Part shown: positions 57,876 through 64,000 of the stretch, one piece after another
Position numbering within the stretch: position 1 is the first letter of the stretch
Layout: every line of letters starts with the position of its first letter
Sequence record: DRR723986_2433
Length of the DNA: 64,000 nt
Direction: 5' to 3' (one strand)
Translations under genes and position numbers: made by a program
The notes under the pieces: generated by a model
Databases searched by the model: none
The model's input: only the letters and a program-made list of their open reading frames with translations
Told to the model about the DNA's origin: nothing

Positions 57876-59537
57876 TTACTTCAAAGGCTTGTAACGCACT
57901 CGCTTCGGCCGTGCGCCTTCTTCACCCAGTCGCTTTACCTTGTCAGCTTCGTATTCCTGGAAGTTGCCGTCAAAGAACACCCATTGCGAATCGCCTTCAC
58001 AGGAAAGAATGTGGGTGGCAATACGGTCCAGGAACCAGCGGTCGTGCGAGGTCACCAGCACAGTGCCCGCAAATTCCAGCAGCGCATCTTCCAGCGAGCG
58101 CAGTGTTTCCACGTCCAGGTCGTTTGATGGTTCGTCCAGCAGCAACACGTTACCGCCGGAAATCAGGGTTTTGGCCAAATGCAAGCGACCACGCTCACCA
58201 CCGGACAAATTGCCAATCAGTTTTTGCTGGTCGCCACCCTTGAAGTTGAAACGCCCCAGATAAGCCCTTGATGGCATTTCAAACTTGCCCACGGTCAGAA
58301 TGTCGGCACCATCGGCCACGCCATCGAACACTGTTTTGTCGTTGGGCAGTGAATCGCGGGCCTGGTCAACCACTGCCATGCGCACAGTTGAACCAATCTT
58401 GATCGTGCCACTCGTGGGTTGCTCTTTACCTGCAATCATCTTGAACAGGGTTGATTTACCGGCACCGTTAGGGCCGATTACACCCACAATCGCACCGGGT
58501 GGAATCTTGAAGCTGAGGTTGTCAATCAGCAAGCGGTCACCAAAGGCTTTGCTCACATTTTCAAACTCGATCACTTCATTGCCCAAGCGCTCGGCCACCG
58601 GAATAAAAATTTCCTGTGTCTCGTTGCGCTTCTGGTATTCGTGGCTAGACAATTCTTCAAAGCGTGCAATACGCGCCTTGGATTTGGCTTGGCGTCCTTT
58701 GGGGTTTTGGCGAACCCATTCCAGTTCTTTTTTCAAGGCTTTCTGGCGTGCGCTTTCGCTGCTTTCTTCTTGCTTTAAGCGATCCTGTTTCTGGTCCAGC
58801 CAGGAACTGTAGTTGCCTTTCCATGGAATGCCAGATCCGCGGTCCAGTTCAAGAATCCACTCGGCGGCATTGTCCAAAAAGTAGCGGTCGTGGGTAACAG
58901 CCACCACAGTACCTGGGAACTTGTGCAGGAACTGCTCAAGCCAGTGCACCGATTCAGCATCCAGGTGGTTGGTGGGTTCGTCCAGCAGCAACATGTCGGG
59001 CTTGCTCATCAACAGGCGGCACAAGGCCACACGGCGCTTTTCACCGCCGGAAAGCGTGCCAACTATGGCTTCCCAGGGGGGCAGGCGTAACGAATCAGCA
59101 GCAATTTCCATCAGGTGCTCTGCATCGTTACCAGCCGCTGCAATCACTGCTTCCCACTTGGCTTGTTCTTCAGCCAGTTTGTCAAAGTCCGCTTCTGGGT
59201 CGGCGTAGGCGGCGTAAATTTCCTCCAGCTTTTGCTGGGCCATGCCCAGTTCGCCCAAACCTTCTTCAACGGCTTGGCGCACGGTGTGCTCGGGGTTCAG
59301 TTCGGGTTCCTGGCTTAGGTACCCAATGTTCAAATTGGGCATGGGCACGGCTTCGCCTTCAATGTCTTTGTCGACACCCGCCATAATTTTCAGCAGTGTG
59401 GATTTGCCAGAGCCGTTCAAGCCCAGCACACCAATTTTCGCGCCGGGGAAAAAGCTCAGCGAAATATTCTTCAAAATCTGGCGCTTGGGGGGAACAATTT
59501 TCCCCACGCGGTTCATGCTGTAGACGTACTGGGCCAT
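57876..59537 (-). CDS. ettA: Energy-dependent translational throttle protein EttA (ABC-F)
   Basis: ILKNISLSFFPGAKIGVLGLNGSGKST, two LSGGE, WVRQNPKGRQAKSKAR. Confidence 0.95.
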   Translation of the reverse strand: MAQYVYSMNRVGKIVPPKRQILKNISLSFFPGAKIGVLGLNGSGKSTLLKIMAGVDKDIEGEAVPMPNLNIGYLSQEPELNPEHTVRQAVEEGLGELGMAQQKLEEIYAAYADPEADFDKLAEEQAKWEAVIAAAGNDAEHLMEIAADSLRLPPWEAIVGTLSGGEKRRVALCRLLMSKPDMLLLDEPTNHLDAESVHWLEQFLHKFPGTVVAVTHDRYFLDNAAEWILELDRGSGIPWKGNYSSWLDQKQDRLKQEESSESARQKALKKELEWVRQNPKGRQAKSKARIARFEELSSHEYQKRNETQEIFIPVAERLGNEVIEFENVSKAFGDRLLIDNLSFKIPPGAIVGVIGPNGAGKSTLFKMIAGKEQPTSGTIKIGSTVRMAVVDQARDSLPNDKTVFDGVADGADILTVGKFEMPSRAYLGRFNFKGGDQQKLIGNLSGGERGRLHLAKTLISGGNVLLLDEPSNDLDVETLRSLEDALLEFAGTVLVTSHDRWFLDRIATHILSCEGDSQWVFFDGNFQEYEADKVKRLGEEGARPKRVRYKPLK

Positions 59538-59575
59538 TCGGTTTCCAATTCAATAGGTTTAACGTTGCCGCAATT

Positions 59576-60718
59576 TTAAATCATCGCAGGCAGTTGGGGG
59601 GTTAAAGCTTGGCGTTCTTTGCTGGCCTCACCCAGCAATGCCATGCCCAGCAGCGCGCCATCTGCGCCTTTAAACAAGGCCTTGACGCCATTCTCGTCGG
59701 CTGTAATTTCCCACTCGCCTTCATGCTCGGGCAGGGGTGGGTTAACCACCGCAGGGCAATCGGGCGTTTTAATACTCACCGGCATTGCAGGGAATTTGAT
59801 TTCAGTGGGCTTGCCAGCCAGTGTTTGTGCCATGGCGCGCGCAGCTTGCATCACGGGCATAATGTATGGCAATACGAACTTGCCCAGGTATTCTGCACAA
59901 TCACCCAAGGCATAAATGTTGTTGTTGCTGGTTTGGCCAAGGCTGTTTACCACGATGCCGCGCGCCACGGTAATGCCAGCATTTTTAGCCAGTTCAGTGC
60001 GTGGCTTTAAACCAACCGCGGACAACACCAAATCTGCTTGGGTTGTTTCGCCATTGGAATCCGTCAGTGTGTAGCCAGCCCCGTTCTTCGCTATGCTGTT
60101 TACGGTACGCCCCAGTTTCCAGCTCACGCCTTTTTCGGCCAGTTTGTTTTGCATGAAGGTGCTGGCTTGTTTGGGCAGCAGGCGGGCCAGAGGACGGTCA
60201 GCCAAGTCAAACACAGTGGTGTGAATGTCAGCCTTCAGCAAATCGTTGGCAAATTCGCAACCGATCAGGCCTGCACCCAACACGGCCACTTCTTTCTTGC
60301 CTTCCAGCAGTTTTCGAAATTCTGCATAATCATTCAAGTCATTCACGCTAATCACGTCGCCTGCGCCATCGCCTTCAATCGGCAGTTTGATGGTGTCGGC
60401 ACCCAGAGCCAATACCAAGTTGTCGTAGCTGAACTCGCCTGCGCTGCTTGTCAGTCTGCGCGATTCAGAATCCACCGCGCTCACTGTGGCGTTGGGCACC
60501 AGTTCAACTTTCTGTTGTTCGGCAAATTTTGCAGCAGGCGTCATCACCAGGCTCTCGGCTGTTTTGCCACTGGCCAATGCATTGCTGAGCATGGGCTTGG
60601 AGTAGAAGTCACCGCTGTCAGCAGTAATCAAGCGAATTTGAGCCTCGGGATCTGCTTTGCGAAGTTCCCGAACCAATGTCCATGCGGCCACGCCGCTGCC
60701 AATGATGGTGGTGTTCAT
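59576..60718 (-). CDS. Rubredoxin-NAD(+) reductase-like FAD oxidoreductase
   Basis: IIGSG, YSKPMLS, GAGLIGCEFANDL, ALGDCAE, MPVSIKTP. Confidence 0.82.
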   Translation of the reverse strand: MNTTIIGSGVAAWTLVRELRKADPEAQIRLITADSGDFYSKPMLSNALASGKTAESLVMTPAAKFAEQQKVELVPNATVSAVDSESRRLTSSAGEFSYDNLVLALGADTIKLPIEGDGAGDVISVNDLNDYAEFRKLLEGKKEVAVLGAGLIGCEFANDLLKADIHTTVFDLADRPLARLLPKQASTFMQNKLAEKGVSWKLGRTVNSIAKNGAGYTLTDSNGETTQADLVLSAVGLKPRTELAKNAGITVARGIVVNSLGQTSNNNIYALGDCAEYLGKFVLPYIMPVMQAARAMAQTLAGKPTEIKFPAMPVSIKTPDCPAVVNPPLPEHEGEWEITADENGVKALFKGADGALLGMALLGEASKERQALTPQLPAMI

Positions 60719-60751
60719 AGTGTTAATCCTGTGTGTTGCACGTGAAGCTTA

Positions 60752-60785
60752 ATAGTCAATTACTATAGACTTTGATTTTTAATCA
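60752..60785. promoter_or_regulatory. Candidate LysR/OxyR-type operator
   Basis: ATAG-N7-CTAT (60752-60766) followed by TGATT-N3-AATCA (60773-60785): two T-N11-A boxes upstream of the reductase. Confidence 0.4.
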
Positions 60786-60979
60786 CGCATTGCTATCGTA
60801 AACGTTGAGTACTGGCATTGTAAGCGCAATCCAAATGTATACGGGTGTTTACCAAATAGAGTGGCATTGGTTAAGATGCGCGTAGACATTCGGTTTTCGA
60901 GCCCCTTTCTCAGTTAGGCTTGCTACATTCCATTATTATCAGACGACTTCTACACAATACACATCAAAGGGAGACAACT

Positions 60980-61819
60980 TTGAGTACATTTGATCGCATC
61001 GGCACTTCTCGTATTATCAAAACTGCGGCCTTGGCTTTGTCAGTGACTGTTTTGGCCGCTTGCGGATCAATTACAGGTATCAAAGATATTCCCGAGTACC
61101 TCGACTCTGATTTTGAGCATGTGGGTCCGCGTGATTTCATCACCAATATCGATCTGGCCCGCATCAAGCTGGGCATGTCGCCGCTTCAGGTTCAAAACCG
61201 ATTGGGCATGCCCATGCTGAGCGCGAAAGACCAAGACGATCGCTGGGACTATGTGCTGAAAAAAGGTCAGGGCGCCAGCGAAGAGTTTGTGCCCTATGCT
61301 GTTTACTTCAAAGATCAAAAAGTGGTGCGTTTGGCGCCATTGACTCCACCGCCTGCACCCGTGGCTGATGCACCTGTCGAGGCACCTGCGGTGGATGCCT
61401 CTGCGGTTGTTGCACCAGAAGCCAGCGCTGGCGAGGTGATGGCCCCCGAGCCCAGTTTGGCTGTGGGTGCTGATGTGGGTGACGCTGCTGCGATTAACGA
61501 CATGTTGAGCAACTGGGCTGCCGCCTGGTCGTCTAAAGATGCGAATGGATATCTCGGTTTTTATGCAGATACCTTTGAGCATGGAAAGAAATCCCGCGCT
61601 GCTTGGGAAAGCCAGCGTCGTGCGCGTTTGTCCGACAAGGAAACCATCTCGGTTAGCGTGTCCGATGTTCAAATTGATGTTCAGTCCGAGGCCTTGGCCA
61701 CAGTCAAGTTCAAACAAGACTATTCATCGAACCGCTACAACGACTCCGGCATCAAGGTACTGACCTTGTCCAAGGCCAGCGGTGCCTGGAAAATTCAACG
61801 CGAAGAATTTCAGAAGTAA
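60980..61819 (+). CDS. Lipoprotein: BamE/SmpA-OmlA domain + Pro/Ala linker + NTF2-like (DUF4440/Csd6-C-like) domain
   Basis: GGGAG RBS + TTG; lipobox LAAC; IKLGMSPLQVQNRLGMP...RWDY; WAAAWSSKD..YLGFY..FKQDYSS..K.L...WKI.RE. Confidence 0.72.
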   Translation: MSTFDRIGTSRIIKTAALALSVTVLAACGSITGIKDIPEYLDSDFEHVGPRDFITNIDLARIKLGMSPLQVQNRLGMPMLSAKDQDDRWDYVLKKGQGASEEFVPYAVYFKDQKVVRLAPLTPPPAPVADAPVEAPAVDASAVVAPEASAGEVMAPEPSLAVGADVGDAAAINDMLSNWAAAWSSKDANGYLGFYADTFEHGKKSRAAWESQRRARLSDKETISVSVSDVQIDVQSEALATVKFKQDYSSNRYNDSGIKVLTLSKASGAWKIQREEFQK

Positions 61820-61839
61820 TTCTTTCTGACCGCGAAAGC

Positions 61840-61881
61840 ACAAAACCCCTTGTGGCTCTAAGCTGCAAGGGGTTTTGTTTT
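61840..61881. terminator. Rho-independent terminator (bidirectional)
   Basis: ACAAAACCCCTTGTGGCT-CTA-AGCTGCAAGGGGTTTTGTTTT between convergent genes. Confidence 0.85.
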
Positions 61882-61899
61882 AATACAGGCTGCTTGGGG

Positions 61900-62955
61900 T
61901 TATTGCTCGAAAATCTGGATCTTTCCGCAACCATCCAAACGTTCTACCAAATCGCTGCCCATCAGTTTTGAAGGTGTGTAGGCGCCACCGGCCACGTTCT
62001 TCTCCATCAAGATGAAGCTGGCCACGGCCAGTGATCCCATGACGGTCAAAGAATATCCATTGGCAGTTTTTACCCGGGCAACCACCTTTTTACCTTCGGC
62101 ATTCGTGGCCTCACCCCACACATACGCAGGCATTTTCGCGCGTTGTTCTTCGTTGGGGCCTTCTACTTTCCCAGCCTGTTTTTTCAGAATTCCCTGAACC
62201 AGAGACATGCCCAGAATAGGGCGGGCCAGGTTTGCAGCACGCATCATCCGCACCGATTTTGGTGACGACGGGATGTACACCTCAATGTTGCGAATGCCGG
62301 TACTGTGAAATGCAGTAGACACATCACCCCACGGAATGGTGACAGCAAACTTGGTGCCGTTGCCAAAATTGATTTCACGAGTGTTGTAGCCCAAACCAAC
62401 GGCCTTGATTTCACCGTCTTCACGAATGCGGCCACCCAGCTTCATGGCCTCGACGGTGGTTTTCGCAGTGCCGGCAGACAAGCCACTGCGGGAATCAAAA
62501 CCAAGCGCCAAGTGTGTGGCATCTGGCAACAACTCGTGCAGGCGGGCAGCAACGCAATCTGTTGGAATCACATCGAAGCCCACACCCGGGCACAGCACAA
62601 TTTTTTGTTTGCGTGCTTTGCCACTCAGTGATTGAGCAAGTTCGAACACCGAAATTTCACCCGTGATGTCAAGGTAGTGTGTTTTGGTTTGCAGACAAGC
62701 CATCATCATCGGCTCGGCTGTCTCCGAAAAGGGACCAGCGCAATGCAAAACCAGGTCAACTTCATTCAACCCTTCAAGCAAGGCGGTCTCGTCATTCAAC
62801 GAAAAAACTCTGCTGGGCAGGCTCAGCTTGTTGGCCAACGCCGTCACTGCGGCCTCGTTGCGGCCAGCCAAAATGGGCCGCATGCCGCGTTTGGCCGCTT
62901 CGCGTGCAATCATTTCACCGGTGTAACCATTGGCACCGTAGATCATCCAGGGCAT
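61900..62955 (-). CDS. Saccharopine dehydrogenase-like NAD(P)-binding oxidoreductase
   Basis: IYGANGYTG, LAGRN, HCAGPF, YLDITGE, GVGFDVIPTD. Confidence 0.85.
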   Translation of the reverse strand: MPWMIYGANGYTGEMIAREAAKRGMRPILAGRNEAAVTALANKLSLPSRVFSLNDETALLEGLNEVDLVLHCAGPFSETAEPMMMACLQTKTHYLDITGEISVFELAQSLSGKARKQKIVLCPGVGFDVIPTDCVAARLHELLPDATHLALGFDSRSGLSAGTAKTTVEAMKLGGRIREDGEIKAVGLGYNTREINFGNGTKFAVTIPWGDVSTAFHSTGIRNIEVYIPSSPKSVRMMRAANLARPILGMSLVQGILKKQAGKVEGPNEEQRAKMPAYVWGEATNAEGKKVVARVKTANGYSLTVMGSLAVASFILMEKNVAGGAYTPSKLMGSDLVERLDGCGKIQIFEQ

Positions 62956-62974
62956 TGCGTCTCCTAAAGCGCTT

Positions 62975-62994
62975 GGAGCCCTCCAAAGGGCTCC
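62975..62994. other. Intergenic hairpin GGAGCCCT-CCAA-AGGGCTCC
   Basis: Perfect 8-bp stem between co-oriented minus-strand genes, just upstream of an RBS; no U-tract on the minus strand. Confidence 0.4.
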
Positions 62995-63007
62995 CTCATT
63001 GTTTTGT

Positions 63008-63472
63008 TCAAGATTCCAGTTTGGCTTTCACGCGATCCAGAAATGTTCCAACCTGTGCATCGAATTCCGACTTCACGATACCTTCGGCAATCCCCTTCAT
63101 TAGACGGGGCACCGGCATTTCGAACTCGCCAGTGGAGCGGAACGAGATTGTACATGCCTTGGGGCCGTCTTCCTTAATGACCCAGCCGCCTGCAACAGTG
63201 GCATTGCCTTCACCTGGAACCGGGTTCCAGTCAATTTTCGATTTTCCATCGTTGGTGTACTTCACCGCATATTTCACTTGGTGTGAAATGCCCGCGGCAC
63301 CAATTTTTGCCATTTCCCAGCGCCACACTGCATCGCCAAGGTCAACAATTTTGTCCAGTTTGGGAAACAAAGCCACGGTGTCGGCGACATCTGCCAATTG
63401 GTCAAACGCTTTTTTGGCACTGCATGCCACTTTGAACGATTTTTCGATTTTTACATTCACGTTAACTGCCAT
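63008..63472 (-). CDS. SRPBCC/CoxG-family lipid-binding protein
   Basis: 154 aa helix-grip pattern (FDQLADV..FP..WRW..GNATVAGGW..C-terminal helix). Confidence 0.7.
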   Translation of the reverse strand: MAVNVNVKIEKSFKVACSAKKAFDQLADVADTVALFPKLDKIVDLGDAVWRWEMAKIGAAGISHQVKYAVKYTNDGKSKIDWNPVPGEGNATVAGGWVIKEDGPKACTISFRSTGEFEMPVPRLMKGIAEGIVKSEFDAQVGTFLDRVKAKLES

Positions 63473-63857
63473 ATGTCCCTCACTTTTTTGTGGATGTTGT
63501 ACTGCATGGGTTGAAGTGTATCGGTTAATTGGTGCGCTTGTTAGCCCGATGAGGCAACTGCGTGGCGCTTGATTGGGGGCTTGTGAAATCTCGTCAAATA
63601 CCTGCTTTGACTGAAATCATCTGTGTTGCGTCGCACTTAATCTGTGATTCTTCCAAATCCTTGCGTGCACTGCTTCTTGGTCGGGTTTCATTGAAATTAT
63701 GTTGCGGTGCAATGTAAATCATTGATTTTTTTCGAATTGAGGCTCTAGAAAAGTCGCTGTTTTTTTGGTGCAATGAGGTTGACAGTTGTTCACTGAAAGC
63801 GCATGTTACGCCTCAGTAACTTTGAAGTAACTTTGATGACATTCAAGGGGTATAAAC

Positions 63858-64000
63858 ATGTCAAATTCACTTTTCGCCGTTTTTTCAGCAGTAGTGCTGA
63901 TCGGCCTTGTCTACAGCGGTGCAAACCTGCTGACCTTCACCGCCGCCATTGGTGCGGCTGCTCTGGGTTTCTATGCCTTGGGTGGTCTCGGTGAGTTGGG
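63858..64000 (+). CDS. N-terminal fragment of a membrane-anchored protein, possibly FadE-type acyl-CoA dehydrogenase (truncated by window end)
   Basis: AAGGGG RBS, MSNSLFAVFSAVVLIGLVYSGANLLTFTAAIGAAALGFYALGG: two hydrophobic helices; identity is a guess. Confidence 0.4.
   Translation, partial: MSNSLFAVFSAVVLIGLVYSGANLLTFTAAIGAAALGFYALGGLGEL

Noticed and set aside
1-64000. CRISPR arrays, tRNA/rRNA genes, IS elements
   Set aside because: No regularly spaced repeats, cloverleaf-like or rRNA-like segments, or transposase ORFs were found by eye; intergenic gaps are mostly too short

Overview
64 kb of a bacterial chromosome whose gene content and order look Betaproteobacterial (Burkholderiales, Limnobacter-like; the taxon is an inference). 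The flanks are mostly ordinary. The left flank has the end of a cheY-STAS-cheA-cheW cluster, a TauE/persulfide-dioxygenase pair, hns, metZ-gltX, a YcbK peptidase, a peptide ABC transporter and mltD-gloB-yafS-rnhA-dnaQ-asmA. The right flank has ettA, a rubredoxin reductase, a BamE-NTF2 lipoprotein, a saccharopine-dehydrogenase-like gene and an SRPBCC gene. The striking part is a ~35 kb block (23.1-57.8 kb) of three tightly packed operons. (A) On the + strand: cNMP-patatin, class II cNMP phosphodiesterase, TpsB, TpsA, soluble tandem FecR and a CHASE2 adenylate cyclase. (B) Converging on A: a 4-His membrane protein, a membrane-anchored decaheme cytochrome, a tandem GlcG/HbpS lipoprotein, an SH3-beta-barrel, a decaheme-LVIVD protein, a pentaheme cytochrome and an FAD/NAD(P)H oxidoreductase-2x cNMP-4x[4Fe-4S] fusion. 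(C) Divergent from B: a complete System I (ccm) cytochrome c maturation operon with fused ccmAB. Together they suggest a surface-sensing cAMP circuit that gates a cytoplasm-to-surface multiheme electron conduit (about 25 c-type hemes) and a phospholipase. I do not recognise this as a characterised system. All product calls come from reading motifs by eye; no searches were run. No tRNA, rRNA, CRISPR array, integrase or IS was seen.
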